From Gordius albopunctatus (taxonomy: Eukaryota): a stretch of DNA of 64,000 bases. Below, piece by piece: positions 25,471 to 35,900 of the stretch (position 1 is the first letter of the stretch; each line of letters opens with the position of its first letter). The notes under the pieces were generated by a model. It worked only from the letters and a program-made list of their open reading frames with translations, had not been told where the DNA came from and did not search any database. The stretch lies in NCBI GenBank assembly GCA_964276515.1, contig OZ193910.1, positions 8,556,001 to 8,620,000 on the forward strand, in the 5' to 3' direction. A program made the translations under genes and the position numbers.

Positions 25471-27133
25471 TCTATATATATAAAGTAAAGTCTATGTATA
25501 TATATGTGTGTGTATGTATGTAAGAGCTAAATTCTGAAACTACCGGCCCCATTCGCGCGAAAATTTAACCGTAGATGTCCAAGACGGCCAGGGGTAAAAT
25601 AGCTTTTTCAGAATCCTAAAATTCCTTTTAGTTTTAAAAATATGGGTATTTTAGTTTTAAAAAATGGCTTAATTCTCAAACTACCTGCCCGATTCGCGCG
25701 AAAATTTAGCCGTAGATGTAAAAGGAGGCCAGGGGTAAAATAGCTTTTTCAGATTCCTAAAATACCTTTTCGTTTTAAAAATATCGGACATTTCCCGGCC
25801 AGTTTAATTTATAGCAGCATATACAATAATGACATCATACATACAAGGCTGAAGTTTTCTCGAATTAGATATTTAAAAGTATAATAAAAATGTTACAGTA
25901 TACGGTCAAAATTATTGGGGTTTTATTTAAATAAATAATATTTAAATTAATAGCTTTTGCAGAATCCTAAAATTCCTTTTAGTTTAAAAAAAGGGATAAA
26001 TTCTGAAACTACCGGCCCAATTCGCTCGGAACTCTACCCGTAGGTTCCCAGGGCTCCAGGGGTAAAATAGCTTTTTCAGGTTCCTAAAATACCTTTTCGT
26101 TTTAAAAACATCGCACATTTCCCGGCCAGTTTCATTTATAGCATCATATACAATAATGACGTTATACATACAAGGCTGAAGTTTTCTCGCATTAGATATT
26201 TAAAAGTATGATAAAAATGTTACAGTATACGGTCAAAATTATTGGGGTTTTATTTAAATAAATAATATTTAAATTATTTTCACGTGGTCGATCATGGAAG
26301 CATATTTTTAATATATATCCATCCTTCAATTAATTATTATATTATAGAAAATTGTTTTTCAAATAAATTAGCTAACTAGAAAAATAAATTAATGGTATTA
26401 TTGTATAATAAGCAGGTTTTGAATTATGGGGGGGGGGCAGATTTAAAAAAAAAACTTTTCTCGACTATCCAAAAATTTTCATGAGAGCAAAAATAAGGTC
26501 TTCGACTACTAAATTCCTAAATTTTTTCTGAGACCCGCAGAGGGTAGCCGCCCTCCCCTGACTAATTAGGGGGGGGAAGATAATTTTTTAAGGTTTTGTA
26601 TTGAAAAATTATTTTTTTAAAATTAGGGGGGGGGGTGCAGGGGTACGCCCATGAATCAAAGTCATTTTTTTGCTTATTTTATGTCATTTATTATTATTAT
26701 TATAGGACGGTCGTGTCCCCTCCTGCGTGGCTAAATAAATTAAAAAATCTAATTTTGTCATTTTTTGCGCGTTAAATAAGGAGAAAAATGAAAATACAAT
26801 TAACAAAGTGCCAATAAATGTTGATATATCTCAGTTCTTCGGACATTATTAAGTTCAGAATTAAAAGTTTTATTCGGAAACAAATAATTATGATATTGTT
26901 TCTTAATTACAAAAAAATATAAAAAATTGCTTGAAGGCCCAGGGGGCCAAAGATGTTTCCCTTTGGGGCGGGGCATGGGGCCAGGTTTTATCTCTTGCGT
27001 GGGCCTGGGCCTTGTACCCTCTTTAACTATTTGTTTGAAAATTATCAAATTATCATCATGTATGCCCTAAAATTCCAACATAATTTAATACACCCGGGTA
27101 AATGGCAAAACAACGTTTGCCGGGTTCATCTTG
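25471..27133 (+). mobile_element. Non-autonomous Helitron, copy 2, with expanded internal tandem repeats
   Basis: Same 5' end, body and 3' hairpin as 18786-19817, ending CTTG|T. The AAACTACC...GGGGTAAAATAGC unit occurs three times. Confidence 0.85.
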
Positions 27134-27661
27134 TTTTTCATATATGGTTTTATGTATTCCGACTAAAAGTGCCGTTAGATATATTGTTTAACCATTTTGG
27201 TAAAAAAAAATTTAATCTAAAATAAAATAAAAAAGCAAATGAATTTTTTGTCTGGACCGAGCCCGGGCTTGTGAATTTTTATACTGACCTCTAAAGGCCC
27301 ATTGCCGGTATCTAAGAGTCATTTATTAATGAATCTGGTTTTTTGTTTCAGTATCTAATTTTCATTAGGAATTCCATTGGTTTCGGTTCTTTAAGAACCA
27401 ATAAAATAAAACAAGAGATAGGGGGATATCCCGAATGGCGTCCATGATTGGACCTGTGGGTTCCGGCAGGGATATTCCCTGCTATCCCCCACAGCGTTTA
27501 TTTATAACTACTATGTATACATTTATAAATAAACTAAGTAAACAGTTCCGAAGTATTATTGAGATAAATTTCGAGTCGCGGTAATGGTGTGATAAAATAA
27601 GAAGTCGCGCTGCGAAAAAGAGAAATTTTTTGGGTTAAACATAAGTGTAAGGTAATCGGCG

Positions 27662-27791
27662 AAATTTTAGGATATAAGTATATAAGTTGGATGATGAAGG
27701 TGCGTGAAAGGTTTGTAGATCGCGAAATGCCAAAGAGCGTCGGAGAAACCAGGGGATTTCCTTTTATAGGCGTTCATGTAATGGACGTGGT
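27662..27791 (-). repeat. 3' copy of the 130-bp direct repeat (contains the ORF2 stop codon and a TATA box)
   Basis: Matches 30434-30563 with 4 substitutions by manual count. Confidence 0.95.
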
Positions 27792-29813
27792 GGATTGTTC
27801 CTGTTCTGCGTCTTCGTCATCTTCTAGAATTTCGCCGTCAGCCCACTGAGACCAGTCGTAGAGGTCTTCCGTTTCATCAATGATGTCGGGCATTGCTGTC
27901 GAGCTTGGAGGTTCCCCTGTGAGTATCGAGGGGACCGTGTATCGTTCCGGGGGCAGCCATGTTCGGGATGGATAGTCCGCCGGATTTTCGTCGGTTGGTA
28001 ACCATTGGATGTTATAACGTATGGCCAGGAGGGCGTTGAGTCCGTATTCTTTTACGAACCTGGACACTAGCTCCTCAACGACAGGGGAGTTGGAGCCTCT
28101 CTTCATGAGGACATAGTAAGCGGTCGTGGAATCCGTCCTGATCCTGGGGAAGGGGAGGCCTTCGTATTTAGCTATTAGGTATCCATATATGGCACCGAGC
28201 GTTTCGAGAAGCGTAATGTGAGGGTCAGCTGGGAGTTTATAGTTGATGGCCGCTGCCGCGTCCTCGAATGAGATGGAAATGTCATTGCCCTGGATTGTGA
28301 CCCCAATGTGTTCGCTGGAAGCGTCCGTGTAGACCGTGACGTCCGGTGGGACGTATAACGGGATACGGTGTTTTAGGGAGTTTACGACTGCGAAGAGCTT
28401 GAAGCATGCTGCATTCATATCAAAGAAGCCCTCCCGTCCCGAGAGATATGCATAAAAGGGTGCCAGCAGCTTGGACATGCCGGTTAAGTTGTATAAAAAG
28501 TAATTAAGAACTCCGAGCGCCTCGAGTAAGATTTTAGTGGGGGGAGGAGTATTTGAAGTAAAGGCAAAGAATAATATATCGGATGCATATTCAAGTCGCG
28601 TTACCGTAGCATCCGAGCATCTAATGAAATGATCCATGAAAGAGATCTTCATTCCTAGGTAATCGATCTCCCGTTCCTGCCATATTGATGATTTCTGTGT
28701 GTTTATGGTCAGCCCCCATTCGGTTGCCAGGCTGATGAGGGATTCCAGATCCTCCTGTACTTCCATAAATGAGTTTCCGTAAATAAGAATGTCGTCCAGG
28801 TAGACGTTGTATTTGCACCTGGTTACGGCTTTGGCTGTCAGGTCGGCTACTACCATCTGGAGCACATATGGGGAGAATGAGGCTCCCATAGTAAGAACCT
28901 TGTATCGGTATTTGATGCCTTCATAGGTGTAAGTGGCGTACTTGCGTGCTGCCACGTTGAGAGGAATGCTGAAGAATGCCGCCTTGAGGTCTATGTTAGC
29001 GGCATATGATGATTTGCTCAGCTGTCGAGAAGTCAGCGGGATAGAGGCCAGTTTGATGGGATAGTGGATGAAGTTTTTTGAAACCTCGGAAAGATCCGTA
29101 ATAACCCTGGCGTCTCCGTTGGATTTTGGGATAAAAAAGGTAGCTGATTTAATGATGTTGTTATCGGTTTGTTCTACCGTACCCGTTTCTACCATAGTCC
29201 TGAAGTGTTCAGGCTTTCCCCTGGATATGGCTTTACGTCGGGATGTAAGAAAAATGCCGTTATGTAGCCTTATCTTGGGCATATCTAGTTTTGGCATGAA
29301 TCCCTTTCGTGCGATCCTCCTGGTGAAGGGGGATTGCGAATCATGGGGGATTAGCCTTGAAGTGGCGATGTTGAGGGGGCCCGACGGTGGTGTGCGCGTC
29401 GGCTCCTTGTTCCACTGAAATAGTGATTTGTGGAGACTAAAAATGGGCATCGTTTCCGAGCCCAAGTCCCGGCCGAAGGCGGCCTCCACTTGCGAAATAC
29501 GGTGCTCGAAATTGGGGGCGGGGACGAATATGTCGGAATAGTTAGCAGAAGGTATTTGGATCGCTCCCGTCGCCCCCGACGGGAGTTCGGAAGGAGAGGA
29601 AATCCAGCGGCGCGTCTCCTTAATTTGGAATATAAGCTGTGCGAGCCACCTGGGAGACCTGGATGAATTCCCTCCTTCGGGAAGCGGTACGCCTGACGGC
29701 CCGACTTCCCATGATCCTACCAAGGCTTTAAGCCTGCGCCTTATCCCTGGCAGAGGCCGGCGCCTTTTTGAAGTTGCGGCCCTTTGTGAAGCTTCTGCCT
29801 CTGCCAGCGCCAA
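27774..29813 (-). CDS. Reverse transcriptase-RNase H polyprotein (ORF2)
   Basis: RT motifs FFIPKSNGDARVITDLS, IDLKAAFFSIPL, LTMGASFSPYVLQ, YLDDILI and YLG. RNase H motifs YTDAS, HITLLE, IRTDSTT and NPADYPSR, then an acidic tail. The listed start is TTG; the first ATG is at 29450. Confidence 0.93.
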   Translation of the reverse strand: MALAEAEASQRAATSKRRRPLPGIRRRLKALVGSWEVGPSGVPLPEGGNSSRSPRWLAQLIFQIKETRRWISSPSELPSGATGAIQIPSANYSDIFVPAPNFEHRISQVEAAFGRDLGSETMPIFSLHKSLFQWNKEPTRTPPSGPLNIATSRLIPHDSQSPFTRRIARKGFMPKLDMPKIRLHNGIFLTSRRKAISRGKPEHFRTMVETGTVEQTDNNIIKSATFFIPKSNGDARVITDLSEVSKNFIHYPIKLASIPLTSRQLSKSSYAANIDLKAAFFSIPLNVAARKYATYTYEGIKYRYKVLTMGASFSPYVLQMVVADLTAKAVTRCKYNVYLDDILIYGNSFMEVQEDLESLISLATEWGLTINTQKSSIWQEREIDYLGMKISFMDHFIRCSDATVTRLEYASDILFFAFTSNTPPPTKILLEALGVLNYFLYNLTGMSKLLAPFYAYLSGREGFFDMNAACFKLFAVVNSLKHRIPLYVPPDVTVYTDASSEHIGVTIQGNDISISFEDAAAAINYKLPADPHITLLETLGAIYGYLIAKYEGLPFPRIRTDSTTAYYVLMKRGSNSPVVEELVSRFVKEYGLNALLAIRYNIQWLPTDENPADYPSRTWLPPERYTVPSILTGEPPSSTAMPDIIDETEDLYDWSQWADGEILEDDEDAEQEQSTTSIT

Positions 29814-30411
29814 GAAATAACTGCTTTCGTGGCTGTACGACCTCCAGGTTTGGAATATTCCAATCCTCTGCGAAAGACTTGTCGTTTCGCACTGCCGTAG
29901 CCCAATTGAAATTGATTGCTGTGGCTAGGGTGGTTAGGCGTGCTGCTGTTTCCTTAAGCAAAGCGTCTGGGGATGCTTCTGATAATGTATCGGAGACCAA
30001 GAATATGTATTGGGCCTCCTTTCTATCCCTCTGGGACACCTTGGATGGAAAGTTGGACATGAGCTCCTTGAGCTTATTGATCTTGTCCTCGATCTTACTG
30101 ATCTTCTCCGCTTGTGTCTTTGGTGGCACTTCCGGCTGTACTATGTTGATGGCCGGCTGCGGAGTGGCTCTTTGGACTGCCAGCTGTTGGATCAGTTGTG
30201 AGATCGTCTGTTGTGATTGGGCAAATTGGGCTTGAGCCCTTCTATTTTGGCTGGTCATCACCCTAAGAATTTCTGCCATTTCTATCGGCTCGTCATGCCC
30301 TGATGGGGTTGGGGAACCCCCATCCGAGCCGGACCCGCTGTTATCGGCGGGGTTTGCGGCCGTTGCTGCTCTAGGGGTAGTTACCTGGGTAGTTTTTTGG
30401 GATCTTACCAT
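29728..30411 (-). CDS. ORF1, putative Gag/core-like protein (227 aa)
   Basis: ATG about 120 nt downstream of a TATA box. Low-complexity N-terminus, Q-rich and coiled-coil-like middle, basic RG-containing C-terminus overlapping ORF2. Function is inferred from position only. Confidence 0.7.
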   Translation of the reverse strand: MVRSQKTTQVTTPRAATAANPADNSGSGSDGGSPTPSGHDEPIEMAEILRVMTSQNRRAQAQFAQSQQTISQLIQQLAVQRATPQPAINIVQPEVPPKTQAEKISKIEDKINKLKELMSNFPSKVSQRDRKEAQYIFLVSDTLSEASPDALLKETAARLTTLATAINFNWATAVRNDKSFAEDWNIPNLEVVQPRKQLFLGAGRGRSFTKGRNFKKAPASARDKAQA

Positions 30412-30433
30412 GTTTCCTTCGAATAAAACTAAT

Positions 30434-30563
30434 AAATTTTAGGGTATAAGTATATAAGTTGGATGATGAAGGTGCGTGAAAGGTTTGTAGATCGCCAAAT
30501 GCCAAAGAGCGTCGGAGAAACCAGAGGTTTTCCTTTTATAGGCGTTCATGTAATGGACGTGGT
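30434..30563 (-). promoter_or_regulatory. 5' copy of the 130-bp direct repeat, probable promoter
   Basis: CCTATAAAAGG on the minus strand (TATAAAA at 30534-30540) upstream of the ORF1 ATG. Confidence 0.7.
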
Positions 30564-30868
30564 AATTTAATTGCGGGCACTCCTGAAAGGGGTTGTTATT
30601 ATCTTCTAAAGTATATCATTAACCTGCAAATGACAAAAAAAACTTCAATACAAAAACCCTAAAAAATTGAAAAATTTTATAATCCCCCTAATTAAATTTG
30701 AACAACTTTCACCCCCCCCCCCTCCTAATCCAAAACCTGGCTACGCCCATGTGGGTATTGACACACATATTATGTCGTTATTGTCTTAGACATATGAATA
30801 TTTTAGCTTTAATAACACGCATATACTTTATTTAAAAATATCAGATGAAAAAATCATCGTGCTAAAAG

Positions 30869-32523
30869 TAGAGGCCTGCAAAATCGATTTCTCTGAGGCC
30901 CGCCTCGAGCTCGGAAATTTAAAATAAATAAAGTCCGGCCCGACTTGGGGCCGAATTTTAGCATTTTTAAAATAAAGGCCGGCCCGAAACTTTAAAAAAT
31001 ATAGAAATTTTAATAAAACAATATTTTGGTAAAACTTTCATTAAAAAATGAGACTCATAGAATATAATTATAATTTTATAATTGAACTCTTTTCATGTAA
31101 AAAGTCACAGGCATCTTATATGTCCGCATTCAAATAGTTGTTCTTCGTTCTTCATAAATGCGTTTTCCAATTTCTCTAAATTTCCCTTTTTCAGGACTTC
31201 TTTGTAGCATTTTTGCTTTTAAAGATGAGTGTTCCCTAATCTCTATTAAGCATTATCAAAACTAACATAAATTAATTGTCTGAAGTGCAAGAATTTTATG
31301 ACTATGATAACACATTCTTGCAGTTCTTACAAACAACAAAATCAATTTTCTTACCCTAAAAAACTGCAAAGTCACTTTTTTTCAACCCGAAAGCCTTCTA
31401 AAATTTTCAACCCAAACCCGACACGAAAGCCTTTTAAAGTCTTCAACCCGAAACCGAAAGCATTTTGAAATTTTTAACCCGGACCCGACCCGGCCGAAAG
31501 CGTTTAAATTTTTTTACCGAAAACTCCCCGAACACGTTTCAAATTTTGGTATCCAACGCGAGTGTAATGAAAATCACGATTTGCATGATGGGCGTAGCTA
31601 GGGGGTTGCAGGACGGGCGGCTGCCTTCTCTAACTCCAAAAAATCTTATAAATTTTATCAAATTATGGCTAAAATTATTAATAGACAAATTAAAGCGCGA
31701 TTTAGTAAACTAAATCGACACCACACATTTTGATTACACAATTTATTTGAATGATTTATTAAGAGAGTAATTATGATAGCATCGACATTATCGGGTCGCA
31801 TTTAATTTAAAATATATTGTTTTGCAAATGAACCATTTAATAAATTTATACTTTTATGTTTTATGAATATATATGTAGTTTTTAATAATGGACTACTACT
31901 TTGCATTATTTAAAAACAATTTAGCGTCCAAATTAAAACAATCAGATTTAGAAAAAAAACAAAATGAATTTAATTAACTGAATGTATGATCTTTAATTAT
32001 ACATTTCAATATTAATTAAAAAATATAATACATAATAGCATTAACTAAAACAAGATTCATAACCTTTGACCCGACACTTTAAATCCAACCCGAAAGCATA
32101 TTAAAATTTTAAACCCGAAAGCCTCTTAAAAATTTCAACCAGAACCCGAAGATATTTCAGAATTTTTAACCCCGGGTGACCCGTGCAGTTCTCTATCTTA
32201 CCCATATTCTTATACACAAAAAAGAATCTTTTCATACTTCACTCATTCCTAGGTTTTCTTTTACTTTAAAAATATAATTATTGAATATTTTCAGGTATTA
32301 GAAGTAGATTTTTTTGCTTTATACTCAATCGTTGGTATATTAAAAAAAGCATGAAAAGTTAACAAATTTATTACTTGACTAATTAATTATTGAAAATCTG
32401 AGATATTTTTTTAAAATAGAATCAAATACTACTTAGGACTACTTTTATAAATTAGGCACGGCCCGGAATTCTGAGACCTTAAAATTTAAATCCCGGGCCG
32501 GGCTTTTCCGGTGCAAGTCTCTA
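30869..32523. mobile_element. Nested non-autonomous DNA transposon remnants (TAGAG..CTGCA ends, AACCCG/GGCCCG subterminal repeats)
   Basis: TAGAGGCCTGCA at 30869, TGCAGTTCTCTA at ~32194 and TGCAAGTCTCTA at ~32523. AACCCGAAA clusters at 31380-31520 and 32070-32180. Confidence 0.5.
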
Positions 32524-32983
32524 GCTACAAACTACTAAAGCGTTGAATCTTATAATACGCTTATTATTTTGCTTGATAATAAAATTCTTGTCCACCTTAA
32601 CACCAATTTTAATTTTTTTAAGCTAAATTGCTTTTAAAAAAATGAATCTATAAAACGGCTCATGTTTAAAAAAATCAATATTTCATATATAACATTCAAA
32701 AATGCTAAAATATTATTTTTGACACATTGAGAAATTATCCTTACCCATAGGTTTATTTCAACTAAAAATTTTAAATATTAGAATGACAGCTTGTGTCCCA
32801 GTGGAATTTTGTTAGTTGCATAATCATGTTAATATTCAATTTTTCGAAAAATATTACAATACGCAACAAAGGCTCGGGGTATTAGGTATATTCATTGCGA
32901 TACATGTTATAAAAAAAACAGCAAAAAAAAGATCCCTCGTTTTTTATTTCCATATATTTAGAATATAAATTAGTAATCATTTA

Positions 32984-35900
32984 TCACGAGGGACGCTGAT
33001 TGAAATTATTCTGTAATCGAAATATATTTTGGACAAAGGCGCCCTGATGACGAGGAAACATTGAAGGACCCCTGAAATAGGGTCCATTTCTTAATGAGTC
33101 GTTTAGTTCTGGCCTACTACCACGATTCATAAAATTAAACATTCTATGCCCAAAAAACGGTTTATTGTTGGCATTTTGATTATTGATGTGAAAATTGTCA
33201 TTGCGTTGACGAACGCCCAGAAATCTATTAAGGTTGGCCATCATGTTTAATTGGATATTATTTGGCATAGGCAGGTTCGGACGCATAGGCATGTTGAGGT
33301 TCATTTGAAATATTTTGCTAGCAGCTCGGGCAAAATTTTGATTGCCGAAACTGGGGTCATTGGAAAAATTTTGGTTATTTGACTGATTAAATTCATTTTC
33401 GAAGTGACTATTGGGATGCGAATTGATTGGACCGTTCAAAATATGATAGACATCTTGGACCCTATTGAAAAATTGATTGTCAGCATTACCGGTGGAATCG
33501 TTGGGAAAATTGCCATTTCCCCTACCATTAACCCCCATGTTATTATTATTATGTATAAAATCATTTGATGTGTGATCATCTTGGAAATTATTTAGCGCAT
33601 CATCATCGTTTTTAATTGATCTTCCATCCTGATAATTTTTTGCTAAAGCATGGTCGTAGAAAAATGAATTTAAATTTTGTTGCTGAATTTTCATATCGTG
33701 TTCATCGGATGGATCGTTAGGCGTTTCAGTAATATCCAAACCAGGGATGATGAAAGAAGATTTAATCGAATCGAGGCCATCTGACGATACAAATAATAAG
33801 CAGCAAATTAAACATCAAAACAGAAAAAATACCTTTAGTGACCATGTTTTGAGGTACTGGTGATAGAGTGTTTCTTTCGATTGTCTGACTATGATCTAGG
33901 TATAAAAAATTTGTAATTAAGGTTATATTTGAAATAACATATACCATTCGTGTATCTACTGAAAGTCATAAATTCTTCGTTATTAGTTAGACTGGAAGAT
34001 AAATTAACTGGGTTCATATGATCTTTTTCGTAGATCACATCGCCAGGCCTATTCCTAGTCCAAAACTTCCTAGAAAAAAATAACTAATCATATATAATTT
34101 TACTTACGTGGTGTGATCATTTGAGCCAGATACTAATATATGACCAAGAGGGTGCCAAGATAAACTCCATATAATACCATCATGTGCTTGTTCAATACCG
34201 CCAACATCTTTTTCGCTTCTAAATATTTGAACAAATAAACATTAATATGAAAATGAATTCGATTTGGTTAAAAAGTTTAAAATGTTGGAGAATACTCAGT
34301 TAAAGTTTATCTGAATGCCTTTTAACATTAAAAAAACTAACCCAATTGTCCAATATAATAAGGTTCCATCTGCTGATCCACTAACGAAAAAGCCCTCGTG
34401 TATTGGATGCCAAGCCATCGCTTTTTAACGGTTCAAAATAAAAATTACTTAATAAAATCATTTGACATACAACAAAAGGGGATAATAGTGTATAAAAATG
34501 AGAATAGGATAAATTGTGATAAACTTAAAAGAATCATTATCCAAATAAAGGTTTCCGCCGATAAACTTAACTTACATGTTACATCTTTTTTGTGACCCTT
34601 AAAAGATTGGACTTCCTCTCGCAAATTTCTGATATCGTAGAGTTTTATAGAATGGTCCCTGGATCCCGTTATAAGCCAATTACCATTAAACGTATTCCAA
34701 CTTAACGACATTACAGTGCCTTTATGCGAATGTCTATAATTAACACAATTTATATCTTGAATTTTTAATTACGAGAAAGTCAAACGGCTTTCGCGACTGC
34801 TTATACTTTTAGTTTCATTTTCTATTAAATGACAAATGCATTTAATATTTGAAATGAATTAATATATTTATCATTAAAAAATTTAACCAACAACTAGGAA
34901 AACATAAAACGTTATATTAATCAATGATATAAGTTAATAATATATAACGCAATTTAAAATTAAAAAAAAATTTAGTTTAAAAAAAAAGCTCCATTTAGGG
35001 GAAAAAGCTTTAAGTTAATGCATTGCTAAATATATCCTTTAATAGGCCGCACCAAAGAAAATATTTTTTTTTACTTAATTGGATAAGCATTATATTAAGT
35101 CTAAGGTTATGGGGAGGCAGAAATGATATTTCTAAACAGTAGCTGATCTTTGAAAATATAAAACCAAATAAAATTTAAAAAGGAACTCAATTTGTGCTTA
35201 ATAACAACATAATAGTGATGGAAATAAAGAGAAACTTTATTGATTATAATTTCAACACTCGCTTTAAAAAACAATAAGTGTAAAATACAATAGGGCAGCA
35301 CATGAAAAATAGATATTTCATATTGGATATAAAAATATATTTGAAAAACGCACATAGTTGCTAAAGATTGACCAGATCTTGGGTCCCACAATTTTACGGG
35401 TTGTTGATTATCTTTGCTCCCCGAAGCAATCAATGCCTTGAAAGGATGCCAATCCACGCTTTTAACGTCAGACCCGTGACCTTAACAACAAACATATACT
35501 TAAGATTCATCGTAAAATTAAGGTTGTATAATAAGCAGAGAACGGAACACTGATGTCAGAATGCTTAGTAGGGGGGGGATGAGGCCAAAAAGGCATAAAT
35601 TTTTATTTAAAATGATTTTGTTTTGTCTCAGAGAACTTGGGCGACAGCGCAAATATACATTGTCTAAGCGGAAAAGAGTATTGAAAGGTACATTAAAGAT
35701 TAGATAGAAATACTGAATAACAAGAGCCAATAGCTAAGCATATTTTATTCCAATGTAATATAAACGATTTTTGAAAAAATGTTACAGTAGACGACTTGAT
35801 AAAGGTTAAGAAAGATTTGAAATTAAGTGAGACAGAACTTTACTTTTTCTAAATTTGCCTTACAATTTGGTAGAAGAACTAGATATTTTCCAGTTATAGT

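Larger units (their letters stand above)
27421..30563 (-). mobile_element. Unusual RT-RNase H retroelement (hepadnavirus-like/DIRS-related) without integrase or recombinase
   Basis: GC-richer island with two overlapping uninterrupted ORFs, a 130-bp direct repeat (30434-30563 and 27662-27791) and a structured end at 27421-27494. The left boundary is inferred from composition and structure. Confidence 0.85.

Noticed and set aside
25530..26280. CRISPR-like array
   Set aside because: The units are long degenerate tandem repeats without unique spacers, inside a Helitron in a eukaryotic genome.
29068..30235. Plus-strand ORFs as a hidden recombinase of the retroelement
   Set aside because: They are short antisense shadows of ORF1 and ORF2 with no R-H-x-x-R..Y pattern.
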